A DNA stretch of 64,000 nt. Origin: Octopus sinensis. Taxonomy: Eukaryota. Position numbers and translations under genes: made by a program. The notes beneath the pieces were generated by a model that saw nothing but the letters and a program-made list of their open reading frames with translations, searched no databases and had not been told where the DNA came from. This document shows, piece by piece, positions 1-12,927 of this stretch (position 1 is the first letter of the stretch; the number at the start of each line of letters is the position of its first letter). The stretch spans positions 54,746,001 through 54,810,000 of the forward strand of contig NC_043013.1 of the NCBI RefSeq assembly GCF_006345805.1, in the 5' to 3' direction.

Positions 1-133
1 CTGCCGTGGTCCACTTTGCCTCTCACCCTTTCAGGGGTCAATAAATTAAGTACCAGTTACATACTGGGGTTGATCTAATCGACTGCCCCCACTCCTCAAA
101 AATTTTGGGCCTTGTGCCTAGAGTAGATAAGAA
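1..133 (+). mobile_element. SINE family A (tRNA-derived; Deu/Nin-like core from memory), 5'-truncated by window edge
   Basis: Core 'actttgcctctcaccctttcaggggtcaataaattaagtaccagttacatactggggttgatctaatcgact' recurs >12 times in the window. Confidence 0.85.
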
Positions 134-1014
134 TATATACAGACATATTATACATACATGTATGTGCAATTGTATGAGCATATACAAAAACTATGTCAAC
201 ATGTCAGCGAGATTATAAAACATAATCTACAATCCATCTTTAATATGCAGCTAGGTTTAAGCCATACCAAATAAGCCTGGTTTCCGTTTGTATAGGTTAG
301 GTTCTCTTGGGTAAGTTTGACACTTCTACAGTGTTTATAGTTTACCCTGTTCTAATAACCGTCTTCATAACAATTTTTCTTATTCCGAATGAATTTTATT
401 ATCCACATTGTTTCCTTTCATGACATATGAAGGTGGTTATACCTGTGATTTGGAGCCAGAAGAGTAGGGATTTATTTTTATTTATGTGTTTCTAGAAAGA
501 ATGGTAAGTTAATAGTGAAATATTGGCAAAGAGCCGGAGTTTTGTGAACACTGCTTTAGTAGTTCATTAGATTCTATTAAAGCAGTCATACCAACAGAAT
601 TCATCAGATATTACTGTTATATAAAACCCACCCTATTTCTGGAAAGAAAGCAATGAAAGAGAATTACTTGGATCCCTCTTTGTTACAACCAAATACTTCG
701 TTTCTCTTTTCTGCCTGTATAAAAATGCTGACGCATAAATGCAAATGCACTGATATATATTTATAGCTCTTTTTTATTAGTAGTGTAGCAATGGTTTTGT
801 TTTTTTTTGTTTTTTTGTTTTTTTACTTTTCTAATCTTACATGGGAATTACCAGAATTGATAACGACAGCAATATTTTTCTGAATCATCAATGACACTTT
901 TTCATTTCGCTCTACTTATGCAAACCAGTGATAGATTTGCAATCCAAAACCAATGGCAATGAAGCCAACAAACACATGCTTCATACAGGTCTTTGGATTC
1001 TCTGAGTGTATATA

Positions 1015-1125
1015 GATATATATTATACATACATGCATTCATATATATATATATATTATACATACATGCATTCATATATATATACATATATATATATTAT
1101 ACATACATGTATTCATATATATATT
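1015..1125. repeat. Three tandem ~36-bp TA-rich units
   Basis: 'tatattatacatacatg(c/t)attcatatata' repeated three times. Confidence 0.8.
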
Positions 1126-3104
1126 GCATGAAGAGGAATCCATACAACTTTTATAGAACATTTATATTTCCAAATTCAATAGGAATTTAGAAAGGAAGCT
1201 CAATTAGTGTTCTGCTTCCAGAAGCTACCGTTATTGACAATATTGATGGACCATACAGAATATCGTGAACAGTGACAGATAATATTGCAAAAGCGAAAAC
1301 TGAAGCAAGACAAAATAATTAATTTGGAAAAAAGAAAAGAAAAAAAGAAACCCACAAGAATTAACTAGCTTACATGCAATTGTATATTTGACAATACAAG
1401 CTCAGCCAATGTTGTCTATTGTTTCAAAAACCAAACATGGAATATCAAATATGTTCTAAGTTGGGTACGGCAACGAGTATGAAGAAGTGATACACAACAT
1501 CTCTCTTTTCGGTTAAACTTCATAGAATTTTTAGTGAACCTAAACACTGAATATGTACTTGTGTGAGGATGACTTTAGTTTGTGTATTATGTATGTACAT
1601 TCAGCGATGTATGTTTGTATGTAGTGAAAATTATGATTATATTTGGGTATAAAACTTGCAGGATGCTTTGCAAAGCCTGTTCCCAGTTATTGGCTACCAA
1701 ATGTCAAGATCAGTAGTATGTATGTGCTACTGGATTCACTTCAGAAATTCCTTGGTGTTTGTGGAGTTTATATAAAAATAGATCAGAGATACAAAAAACT
1801 ATGTAGTAAGAGGTAAAGACTTCCCTAATCTGTTCCAACCTGGGAAAATGGACAAAACTGTCGGTGGGGGGGGGGGTTACTATCTTGCTGGATTCTGTAA
1901 TTGGGATGCAGTCTTGTAGAGTTCCTACTTTGACAGTTTATTTTTCTATTGTATTGACCCAAGTACTTGTTTCATTCTAATGTTTATTTCATCAAATTCT
2001 ATTTGTTGAACTGTTAAGTGACAATACCACTCACTCACTAAGTGAAAATATATGAACACTTTAAAACAAAAGAAATTTGTATCATGGAATGTAAGATAGA
2101 TTCAGATAGGTTGGAAGAATGGTAAAATGTTAATCCTATTAAACTCACCCAGCAATTCAAACACCCAGTATAAAATGAAGTTTTTAAAAAAGAAAAATAT
2201 GTAAGTATGAGCCGTAATTTTATTTTTGTAATATATTAACTTTATTTTTACATTCATTCACATTATTTTCCCTCTTATGAGTTGATCAAATTTACAATAC
2301 TAGAAATTAACCATTCTTCATCTGAAATCTTTCTTCATGTGATACTCAACAGGCATAGATCAGACCTTGCTATTCCTTTCATTGTTATTACCTGTTTTTA
2401 TTAATTAATTTGTGTATTTATTTATTACATTTTTGTTTCTTTATTTTTTTCTTTATTTATTCAATCATTATCAATCTCTACAGTCAGCACAAAACCATCT
2501 TTTCTTCCACTTCCCATTCTCTGCAAAGATCTTTTCGATTGGAATAAGAAGGTTTCTTGCATTCTACTATAATGTTCTCTGCAAGTGTAATAAAACATAC
2601 ATTATTTATGAGATTAAACAAATCAAGTATTTTATAAGAGGTTTTGAAATCCTGTCTCAAGGACCATAAAATCAACCTAGCCAAATCAAACAATGACTGT
2701 TTTCTTTGTCTTTTAGTCTCTTTAAAATTGACCATTTTCTCCGCTCCATCTTTCATCCTCCATTAAACTAAGGCAGCTGCACAAAATAAATAAATTATTT
2801 GAAAAATGAATTTGAAAACTATTTCTCAATGTGTCTAATAAGGACATTCTAAATTTGCCCTTTAAATGATGTTGACAAATGATAAAGATCTTGGACAAGA
2901 TTGCCTCCCTGACCTCTAGTGTTATCTCTAGCAATATCAGCTATAAATAGCTACCATTTTCTTAATGCTGCCTTATCTTTGCAGAGATTCTTCCTGCTAA
3001 TCAAACTCTCTCATTTGGTACCTGTTATCAGATATGAATTATCCTATAAACTGACTGAGAGGTCATCTAAAGTCCAAAATTAATAGGAATTTATTTTAAT
3101 TACA

Positions 3105-3122
3105 TGTGTGTGTGTGTGTGTT

Positions 3123-3187
<65 letters not shown>

Positions 3188-3300
3188 GAGAGAGAGACAG
3201 ACAGAAAGAAAGAGAGAGACAGAGAGTGTATAGAATATATAATTATAAAATTCACTCACATTCATATATATATATATATATAAATTATATATTATATAAA
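3105..3300. repeat. Compound (TG)/(TA)/(GA) microsatellite
   Basis: Direct reading. Confidence 0.95.
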
Positions 3301-3642
3301 TTATATACCATCTTCAGTTTCTTCCTCATCAATTTCCTAATTTTGATGGCTACTATTCTTTGCTGGCATGGGTTAGATGATATTCATTGTCGCATATTTT
3401 CTAGAATTAGATATTCACTCTGTCACCAACATTCACCTGTTTCTAAGCATGGTTCAATTTTTTCCCCTTGCCTGGATGTTATCAAAGAAGATTGTATATA
3501 AAAGATGCCATTTGTATGATGACAATATTTCATGCTATTTCAACATTTCTTTGTGGAAAATGGCGATTTTGACGTCTATATCTATCATATAGACTATCCA
3601 TTTTTTTAGTGGTCAGTCCTCTAAAGTTTATATAATTATATA

Positions 3643-4010
3643 TATAAATTAAATTCAGATGTTGTAGGTTATTTAAATACCACTTGCTATGAACTGAGCC
3701 ATTGCTCCAAAACTCACTATTAAAATACACACTAGCAATGCATTGAATATAGCACAAACAGGTTTACCTTATGTGGAATATAGAAGTCAGGTAGGTGTAT
3801 GTTTCAATATGAATTGATTTTGCCCTCTGTATGGAAAACCCTACCTTGAGCTCATCAGTTGAAAACAGCATGTTTAACATCTATTTCTGAAATACTCGTA
3901 ACATTACCTCATGTATATTTTGATAGTGAGTTATTGGTGGTTTGGGAGTGATGGTTGTCTTTATAGTAAGTGATATTTAAATGCCCGACTGGATCTGAAT
4001 TTAATTTATA
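3643..4010. mobile_element. Foldback/MITE-like element with long imperfect terminal inverted repeats
   Basis: 3643-3729 aligns to the reverse complement of 3912-4010 (tataaattaaattcagat...atttaaata.cactt.ctat...ccat..ctcc...actcactat.aaaata.aca). Confidence 0.8.
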
Positions 4011-4079
4011 TTTTACCTGTAAAAGTGTAAACTTGCTAGCCACCTTATTATTACCGTTACTGATAATAATACTGCTTTG

Positions 4080-4214
4080 ATTTATATATATATATATATG
4101 TACACATACACATACATATACACATATCTATACATACATATATATATATATACATATATATATACATATATATATGCATACATATATATATACATACATA
4201 TATATCTACATACA

Positions 4215-4245
<31 letters not shown>

Positions 4246-4263
4246 ACATGCATATACATATAT

Positions 4264-4295
<32 letters not shown>

Positions 4296-4351
4296 CTTTT
4301 TATATAATTATACATACATATTTATATATACATATATATATACACATATAT

Positions 4352-4384
<33 letters not shown>

Positions 4385-4440
4385 CACACACACACATGCA
4401 CAAATATATATAAATGTGAATATGTATATTATGTACATAC
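4080..4440. repeat. (TA)/(CA)/(CATA) microsatellite
   Basis: Direct reading. Confidence 0.95.
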
Positions 4441-4645
4441 ATGGGTGCACAAGGCCAGCAATTTTGGGGGAAGGTGCTAGTCAATTACACTGATCCTGGT
4501 GCTCAACCGATACCTATTTCACTGGCCCCCAAAAGGATGAAAGGTAAAGAAGTCAACCTTGGTGGAATTTGAACTCAGAATGTCAAGACAAACAAAATGC
4601 AGAGCATTTTGTCTTGTGTACCAACAACTCTGCCATCTCACCACC
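4440..4645 (-). mobile_element. SINE family A
   Basis: Reverse complement of the family A core (ccccaaaaggatgaaaggtaaag...ggaatttgaactcagaatg). Confidence 0.8.
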
Positions 4646-4646
4646 T

Positions 4647-4647
<1 letters not shown>

Positions 4648-4683
<36 letters not shown>

Positions 4684-4739
4684 TAATAATGATAATAATA
4701 ATAATAATAATAATAATGATAATAATAATAATAATAGTA

Positions 4740-4781
<42 letters not shown>
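4648..4781. repeat. (AAT)n microsatellite
   Basis: Direct reading. Confidence 0.97.
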
Positions 4782-4784
<3 letters not shown>

Positions 4785-5120
4785 TGGAGGAGCATCATAG
4801 CCATGTGTTGAGAAGGATTCTTTGGGGTTTGAATAATTCACCTCTGGAAACATGGGTGTTTCGTTCAACGTCCTTAAACAACCCTTATTCAGGGACCTTT
4901 TGAGCGGGATGGGTTACTCAATCTGAAGAAAATTCTAACTGGGCTCCACCTGCAAGGTCATGTGCTGTTTATCTTGATATGAGATCACCATGTCGCGCAC
5001 ATATGGCTGTGATGCATGTGCCTGGTGTACCCTTATCAGACGGGTAGTCATGATGGGTATACTGGGCTTCGTATATTTTACCCCAGTGTCACTTTGATGG
5101 CATGCTCTGCTCGCTCACTC
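4782..5120 (+). mobile_element. Probable 5'-truncated R4/Dong-type LINE 3' end (last codons plus ~300-bp 3'UTR) within (AAT)n
   Basis: Opens with 'SHVLRRIL', resembling the 'TAHILRRVL' C-terminus of RLE LINEs; (AAT)n on both sides. Confidence 0.55.
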
Positions 5121-5161
<41 letters not shown>

Positions 5162-5319
5162 TAATAATAATATTAAAAATAATAATAATTTTCTGTGTAG
5201 TTCTGACTACAAACTAAATTTAGTGAATCAAGCCACACAAATTCAAATATTATGGATTAATTATTAATCTCTTATTTATTGAGGATTTGAAACGCTACAG
5301 AAGAGGCAACACCCATCCG

Positions 5320-5790
5320 GAGAATATAGATTTAACAATGATATCAACATGAGTGTAAGATTAAAGAAATATGCTAAATCAGTAACAAGAGGCAAAATAC
5401 AAATACAGAAAAAAAAATCTAAAAAAAAAAATTACTGATTTTGAATTTGACTCTGAAAACTGAGAATTAAGAAAAGACCACCCATGCAGATACTTAGAGA
5501 CAGATGAAACTGATAAGGCACAACTTAAAGAAATGAAGAAGAGCATTAGAAAATTGTAGTGCAGAGGATCAAACAGATGTTTAGCACTAAAATCAATGTT
5601 ACAAACAAGATTATAGGGATAAATACACAAGCCCTTTCAAAGATAAACTGAAAATCAAGTCAACTGGGGAACCTAGATAAGCTAACTATTTACTGCATTC
5701 TAATCCCCCATTCTTAAGCTGATAGAAATAGCATAGCGTCTCCACGTGTGGAAGGAGCTTGGATTAATGGAAAACCATTATAAAGGCACA
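5320..5790 (+). mobile_element. Decayed R4/Dong-type reverse transcriptase fragment
   Basis: Translates with stops/frameshifts to FNNDINMSVRLKKYAK, RYLETDE..KEMKKSIRK, RIKQMFSTKINVTNKIIGINT and DR..SPRVEG, matching R4 motifs F..DI.M.FGL.KCA, YKYLG, RR..ILKSKLN..NKI.AINT, DRLY.PR.EGG. Confidence 0.7.
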
Positions 5791-5799
5791 CAACATTGC

Positions 5800-6715
5800 T
5801 GATGCAATGAAATATCTTGAATAGCACAAAGGTACTTTGCTTTGATATATAAAGTACCCAGTTACTTTAATAAGGTATCCTAGAAGTATTATTAAGAACG
5901 CTGATTAGTTTAACATGGGATTATGAAGAGAATGACAACAGCTAGTTAATATAACATACTCTGGTTACATAACAGTATAATGTAGCCTGGTTAGTATAAG
6001 AATGGAATGTATAAAAAAATGACAAAGCCTAGTTAGTGCAAAATACTCTGATTTGTATAACAAGGTATCCTAGTTATCATAATAAAATACCCAAAGACTG
6101 TGAGTTGGCTCAACTGGTCACACGCCAGATGAAATGCTTAGCTGCATTTCATCGATCTTTATGGTCTGGGTTCAAATTCTGCCAAAGCTGGCTTTGTCTT
6201 TCATTCTTTCATGGTTAATAATATAAGTTCTAGTCAAGCACTGGGGCCAATATAATTGACTAACCCTTCCCCTAACAATTTTAGGCCTTGTGATTATAGT
6301 AGAAAGGATTATAATAAAGTACCCTGTTTAGTAGATTATGGAAGCATGAAAAGAATGGCAAAATCTGGTTGGTATAAGGTAAACTGGTTATATAATAAGG
6401 CACACTGGTTAATATAACGAAGTACCATGAGTAATATTATAAGGTACCCTGGTTAGTATAGCATGAATATATGAAAAGAGTGGGTATAACTAGTTTATAG
6501 AATGTACTTGGTTGCATAACAAGGTTTCCAAGTTAATATAGTTAGGTAGCCTGGTTAGTTAGCAAAGGAATATGAAATAGTAAAACTGATTTAGCTTAGA
6601 GTACTCTGATTAGTATAAGGTACCCTAGTTAATATTACAAGGAAGCCAGGCAATTATGTAAAAATACCTTGTGTAGTATAGCATTGAATATGAAAAGAAT
6701 GATTAAATGTTTTAC
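5800..6715. repeat. Degenerate two-level satellite (~20-23-bp subunits in ~90-125-bp higher-order units)
   Basis: Recurrent 'ataaggtaccctggttagtat'-like subunits; marker 'atgaaaagaatg' near 5923, 6011, 6346, 6471, 6572, 6690. Confidence 0.75.
6096..6315 (+). mobile_element. SINE family A, diverged, inserted in the satellite
   Basis: gatgaaatgcttagc...gggttcaaattctgcc...ctttgtctttcattcttt...cactgggg. Confidence 0.75.
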
Positions 6716-6727
6716 TATATGTATAAG

Positions 6728-7003
6728 GCATAGGAGTGGCTGTGTGGTAAGTAGCTTGCTTACGAACCACATGTTCCGGGTTCAGTCCCACAGTGTGGCA
6801 CCTTGGGCAAGTGTCTTCTACTATAGCCTCAGGCCAACCAAAGCCTTGTGAGTGGATTTGGTAGATGGAAACTGAAAAAGACTGATAAAATAAGTACTAG
6901 GCTTACAAAGAATAAGTCCTGGGAGTCGATTTGTTCGACTAAAGGTGGTGCTCCAGCATTGCCACAGTCAAATGACTGAAATAAGTAAAAGAGTAAAAGA
7001 GTA
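6728..7003 (+). mobile_element. SINE family B (tRNA head, CORE-like middle), internally deleted
   Basis: ggagtggctgtgtggtaagtagcttgc...ccttgggcaagtgtcttctactatagcc...gtaaaagagtaaaagag. Confidence 0.9.
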
Positions 7004-7099
7004 TGTGTCAGGAATCTTTACAGTCATTCTAGGAACTTTCCACAGATAAAAAAGATGAAGATATGGAAAGGAATAAGAGAAAATTCCTAGCTAGCCACT

Positions 7100-7250
7100 A
7101 CTTTGTAAAAATGGATTGAGAGGAAGCGTGCCAGTCTGGAAGGCAGCAATAACTCAAACGTTCTGAATGGAAAGCAGAAATAAAAGGTCTGATTTTAGTA
7201 GCAGATATTGTATGCATAAACCACAAAGTATTAGCAAACCTAAGAAATTA
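7100..7250 (+). mobile_element. R4/Dong-type fragment (post-RT region)
   Basis: SEWKAEIKGLILVAD resembles SDLKAETEGFIIAAQDQ. Confidence 0.5.
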
Positions 7251-7827
7251 AAAGAAAAGGTTATTGTCAACTTATTGATAGACTGATGTGTAGAAATATT
7301 AATAGATTAATGCATTGATAGACTAATATATTGATAGATTTATGTATAAAGATATATTAATAGATTGATTTATAGTAAAGTTGGCATTGGCTGAGAGACT
7401 TCCAGTTTTGCCTAACAGCTTATTCAGCCAATTTGACAAATTAATCTGATGTATATATATATATATACATCATTATGTCTGTCTGTTTGTCTCAAACAGA
7501 CAGACATAATGATAAAATCTGGCAGAATCATTAGCAGACTGGGTAAAATGTTTAGTGGCATTTTGCCTGTCTTTACATTCTGCCAGATCACCACCTAAAT
7601 AATAATAATGATAATACTACTACTAATAATAATAATGATACTAATGATAATAATGATAATAATTACAATAATAATATTTCAAGATTGAAGTTACTCTTCT
7701 TGAGGGTAAAGAAACAATAATAAGAACGTGACTGTTATTGGTAATAAATAGAGAATGACTCTGTTTATTAAAAGAAAAAGGTATGAATGGACAATATTTT
7801 GACACTGTGTGTCTTTCGCAAGTTCAA

Positions 7828-7828
7828 A

Positions 7829-7900
<72 letters not shown>
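7828..7900. repeat. (AAT)n microsatellite
   Basis: Direct reading. Confidence 0.95.
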
Positions 7901-8703
7901 TGTATGGTCAGTTTGCAAGAGATGTGAACGCAAAGACAGATACAGAGGACTGGTGGCCATGGATGAGGAGGAGTGACCTGAAGATAGAAATAGAAGCCAC
8001 TCATATGCGCAGCTCAGGAACAAGCATTAAGGACCAACTATATGAAGTGCAGAATAGACAACACTACTAATAGAGACAAATGCAGAATGTTATGGTGAGC
8101 AGTGTGAAATGGTATAACACATTGTTTGTGAATGCCTGAAATTGGCGCAAGAAAAGAAACCATGACAATGTGGCAAGAGTTCCATTGGGAGCTCTGAGGA
8201 AATCATGGCCTACAAAAAGCAAAGACATGGTAGGAAAAAGCCCCAGAAGGAGTCACCGAAAATGAGAATTGCAAAATCCTGTGGGATGTAATGATCCAGT
8301 GTGATCACCTGACTAAACATCGGAAACCGGACATTGTTGTGGTTAATAAAAGAGAGAGAACATGCATGATAATCAACAGAGCATGTTCTGGTGACAACAG
8401 GATCAAAGAGAAAGAAGAAGAAAAAATAAATACGAAGACTGGTGGTCAATGAAGAGAGTAGACGTGATAGCAATAGTAAATGGTGCCCTTGGAAGTATTA
8501 GCTCTCAACTACCAACATGGCTGCAAAAGATTGGTGCCAGTGTGAAGGTAGAACACCTACAAAAATCAGCATTGCTTGGAACTGCAAGAATTTTTCGCAG
8601 GGTTCTTGTAGCATGACCAGTAAACATGTGTCACTTTAGTCTGCTGGCTTTGGACAGCTGACGCTTTCCATCATACCCAGCAAAATAAACTCTGAGTTTT
8701 AAT
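7901..8703 (+). mobile_element. 5'-truncated R4/Dong LINE: CCHC zinc knuckle and restriction-like endonuclease, decayed
   Basis: WMRRSDLKIE..AAQEQALRTNYMK..DKCRM..HIVCEC..HDNVAR..ENENCKILWDVMIQCDH..HRKPDIVVVNK..IAIVNGALG..HLQKSALLGTARIFRRVLVA*; stop 8614-8616; ends in aat/gat repeats. Confidence 0.92.
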
Positions 8704-8734
8704 ACAATAATAATGATGATAATAATGGCATATG

Positions 8735-8900
8735 ATTTATAGTGAAGGCAAAGTTTTGAGGGGAAACTGAATAGTCAATATCATCAACCCCAGTACTTTA
8801 CTGGTACTTTATTTTATCAACCTTGAGTGATGAAAGGCAAAGTTGATGTGGGGGAGATTTGAACTGAGAATGTAAAAAGTCACACAAATACTGCAAAACA
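8735..8900 (-). mobile_element. SINE family A
   Basis: ccccagtactttactggtac...gatgaaaggcaaagttga...atttgaactgagaatg. Confidence 0.8.
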
Positions 8901-8924
8901 TTTGTTTTTACTAGTGTTTCAACA

Positions 8925-9370
8925 ATTGTCAGCAGCAGTGGTCTCCATCTGGAGTTTTTGAAACTTTGAAGATGTTTGGTGCAGCAGATAATTTAACGAA
9001 ATTGGTAAAATCCAGTTAGAGGGATTGGAGAACTAATTTGTTCTGCAAAAGTTCTGAGGCAGTGTGAACATAAACAGGTTTTCAAGGCAGTTCCTTTTCT
9101 CTTTTACTCCCTGTCATCACTGTTATTCAACCAATATTCCTGAGAAAAAAAGTGATGTCGATATAATTTGGGGAAAGATGCTCCTTACCCATCCTTAAAC
9201 TACCTTTTGTTGTTCACAGATGATTTTAAATTGTTTGCCAAGTCTGAAATACAATTAGTTCCTTTTGTAGACAGTCCACGAATGTGACCAAGATACTTGT
9301 AAGGAATTCAATGTGTAAAAACGTGCAGCATTCTCTATGAAGCAAGGAAGGTATTCCATGGTAGTGCCAT
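8925..9370 (+). mobile_element. Decayed R4/Dong RT core fragment
   Basis: LETLKMFG..FQGSSFSLLL..NYLLLFTDDFKLFAKSE resembles FQGDSLSPLLF and NHLLFMDDLKLFAK. Confidence 0.8.
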
Positions 9371-9396
9371 TGAATTACTATTTAGAGAACAACTGA

Positions 9397-9698
9397 TGGT
9401 TTTGTGACTTAGTGGTTAACGTATCGGGCTCACAATCATAAGTTCATAAGCTCAATATTTGGCAGCATGTGGCGTGCTTGAGCAAGGTACTTTACCTCAC
9501 ATTGCTCAGATCCCCTCAGCGGGCAATAATGAGTTGTACCTGTAATTCAAAGGGTCAGTCTTGTCACATTCTGAGTCATGCTGAATCACTCTGAGAACTA
9601 CGTTAAGGGTATGTCTGTGGAGTACTCAGCCACTTGCACGTTAATTTTATGAGCAGGCTGTTCCATTGATTAGATCAACTGGAACACTGATCGTTGTC
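9397..9698 (+). mobile_element. SINE family D (tRNA-like head), diverged
   Basis: A-box-like 'tgacttagtggttaac', 'cttgagcaagg' domain, tail 'cagccacttgcacgttaatt..gagcaggctgttcc'. Confidence 0.75.
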
Positions 9699-10339
9699 TT
9701 CAATCACAGTAATTGGAAGAATGTACGCAAAAATCTATTTTCACAGAAAAATTCCTTAAGTCTGATTACATGCATGGATTTTGCTTCTTCCTGTGAACCC
9801 TTGGGTCATATCTTTTTGTGACAAATAGATGAGTGAAGTCCCAAAGAATAAAGGTTGTCTGTTATGAGAGACAAGAAATAGGTTATAGTGAATTTTAACT
9901 CAAAATATTTCAGTTGATCTTCCAATATATTATCCAGTAAGCAATGTGTACCACAATACAAGATAAATGGTTAAAAAAAAAACAATTTTAGAAAATAAAC
10001 CCCCAACTTGTGAGAAAATGATAGACATAGAACCTAGAGTCAGTATTACCAAACTGTCAGATATTTAATAAATTTTGATACATAGTGATACTGAGAGGAT
10101 TCTCTTCAATTATCTAGATCATTACTTAAGATATTTGTACCAACCAAATCAATTGGTCACAAATTTTTGGTGGCTTTCTTTTATCAATCTCAATCTCTCA
10201 GGTCCCAATAATGCAGATCAATGATAACTAATCATAACTATGGCTCAGTTTAACTCAGCTAAAATGAACCCCTCGAATTATGAAATTTTATTATTTCATA
10301 CCATCTGAGGAGATGGCTCTTAACACTAACAACATATGC

Positions 10340-10740
10340 ATCCTGGTCAACTGCACCATCTTCAAATTGTGCATGTTTGTGAGGTTACATGCTAGTTAAG
10401 CACAGCACATTGCATGTGGCAAAGATTACATTGGTGGCACAATTCAACATTTGCACATTGAAATCATGCACATCTAGGTATGCATCTCGTTGGTTAAAAA
10501 GCAGATAGACAAGTGACAGAGCCTAGACAACAGGCTGAAATGTTGAAAGCTTATAGGTTAAAGAAGTTATCCTTATCAGGTAATACAAACTAGTCATCAA
10601 CAATGGACAAGAACTGCATAAAGTCCATTGACTAATCTAACTGCACCCACTGACCCCCATATAGCCTTTCTACCCATTTCAACCTCATAGATTTGCATTG
10701 AACTTAGATATTTTCTCCGCTTCTCAATCATTGACAAAAG
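10340..10740 (+). mobile_element. Possible decayed Penelope GIY-YIG endonuclease remnant
   Basis: ACGKDYIGGTIQHLH resembles C.KxYIGET.R.L; later FSTHFNL resembles PVA.HFN. Confidence 0.4.
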
Positions 10741-10778
10741 ATAGTTTCACCAGGAATATGGCAGTGTTCAATATTTAA

Positions 10779-10998
10779 CCCTTTTGTTACCAGCCTGGCT
10801 GAAACCGCCTCTGGCTCTGAGTACAAATGTCTTGTTTTCATAAGTTTTGAATTAAAATCTTCCACCAAACCTTAGTCACAATTTATGTTCCTAACACTAG
10901 CTAAATGATAACTAAGTTATTTTACTAAATTCTTTGTTATATTTAAAGTAATTGAAAGAAACACAGAGCATCTCAACAGAAATATGGTAACAAAAGGG
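10779..10998. mobile_element. piggyBac-type MITE (220 bp)
   Basis: Perfect 14-bp TIR CCCTTTTGTTACCA/TGGTAACAAAAGGG flanked by TTAA at 10775-10778 and 10999-11002. Confidence 0.9.
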
Positions 10999-11742
10999 TT
11001 AAGGTAAGAATTTCATCTTTCTTCTGATTGCTAGTGAATCTTTTTCTCCACTATATTGCTGTCACATTCTACCCTGTCATTCTACATTCCTTGCTTTCTT
11101 TCATTCTCCACAGTTAATTTTAAGGTCTTTTACAAAATGCAACAATTCACAAAGACATAAACAAATTCTCATAGATGGGTTAGATGATTGCCTATTTCGT
11201 TTGTCTGTCAGTGATTTCAGTATTATCATTATGGTAAAATACCGAACTCTTCATCAAGTGTTGAATGCCCACCAAAAGTTTCATTTATTTACTTTTATCT
11301 AGTACAACACTACTGATATCAAGAAAAAAGTATCAGACTCCATCATATAATTGGTTACAGTAATAGGAAATTTCAGCTGTGATATTTACAATAAAAGGAT
11401 TCAACTAAGAATTGAGCTTTTGTCACAGACTCTACTAATTGAAGGTTTACCAATATTGAGTAGAACTTCTTGAAAAATGTATATAAAATATAATGAAAAA
11501 TGACATCTCCATTTAATATGATAGTGAAGACTAGACACTAGGCACTGTTTATAGAGAAATAATAAAAAAATATTTGTAAAGAATGGAACAAATCCCTTCA
11601 AACCTACTTTGGCATTTTGATAATTCTGTTAATAAGAGTAAAATAAAAATGTTTTTAGCAGACAAAAAAAATTCAATATAAATATTGGAATACTACCAAA
11701 ATATTTATTAAAACAACATCAACAAGCAAATAAAATATGCAT

Positions 11743-11852
<110 letters not shown>

Positions 11853-12019
11853 TTTCAGAATGTTTCTATGTTAAAATAGCAAAATTAATATCACACTTGA
11901 AGATTGTTAAGTGTTGTGTATTTGTGTAGACAGACATAACTGAATATGGAACGAGAATCAAATAAAACATACAGCACTAATGACAGAAAATATATTTATA
12001 TTGCACATATGTGATGAGC

Positions 12020-12135
12020 ATACGTAATCAATATATATACATACCTACATATATTGTCATGTGTGTATATACGAATGTGCATGTATGGATGTGAATGTGT
12101 GTGTAATATCTATCTATCTATCTTTCTATCTTCTA

Positions 12136-12195
<60 letters not shown>

Positions 12196-12336
12196 AGATA
12201 GATATACAGATATATACATACATATATATATACATATATACACACACATATATATATACATATATACACACACACATATATATATATATATACATATGCA
12301 CATATATACATACACACACATGTCTATATACATGTA

Positions 12337-12395
<59 letters not shown>

Positions 12396-12501
12396 GTATA
12401 TATATATATACATATATATATATGTATATAGATGTATGTATTTATATGTATGTATATATATGTATCTATATGTATGTATGTATATATATGTATATACATA
12501 T

Positions 12502-12548
<47 letters not shown>

Positions 12549-12871
12549 ATATATATTCATATACATATTCATATATATACATACATATGCAAACATACAT
12601 ATATATATATACATATATATAGACATATATATACACACACATACAGGTGTATGTGAATGTGTGTGTGTATATAAGTAAAAATATATACATGAAAATTTTT
12701 TTTATTTATATTTACTAATAAACAATTAATATATATACAATTATATTTACATATTTGTATATATATATATATGTAGGCATATATGTATAAAATAATATTT
12801 ACTTTATGTATATACATACATACATATGCCTACATACATATATATATTACATACATACATATATATATATT

Positions 12872-12927
<56 letters not shown>

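Noticed and set aside
2484-2934. Minus-strand ORFs of 90 and 70 aa in unique sequence
   Set aside because: No recognisable motif, different frames, inconsistent splice signals; length compatible with chance
3680-3770. Hydrophobic minus-strand 'exon' KPVCAIFNALLVCILIVSFGAMAQFIAS
   Set aside because: It overlaps one arm of the 3643-4010 foldback element, and the other arm lacks the frame
5800-6715. Repeat-spacer appearance suggesting a CRISPR-like array
   Set aside because: Eukaryotic context, degenerate units, no unique constant-length spacers and no cas genes
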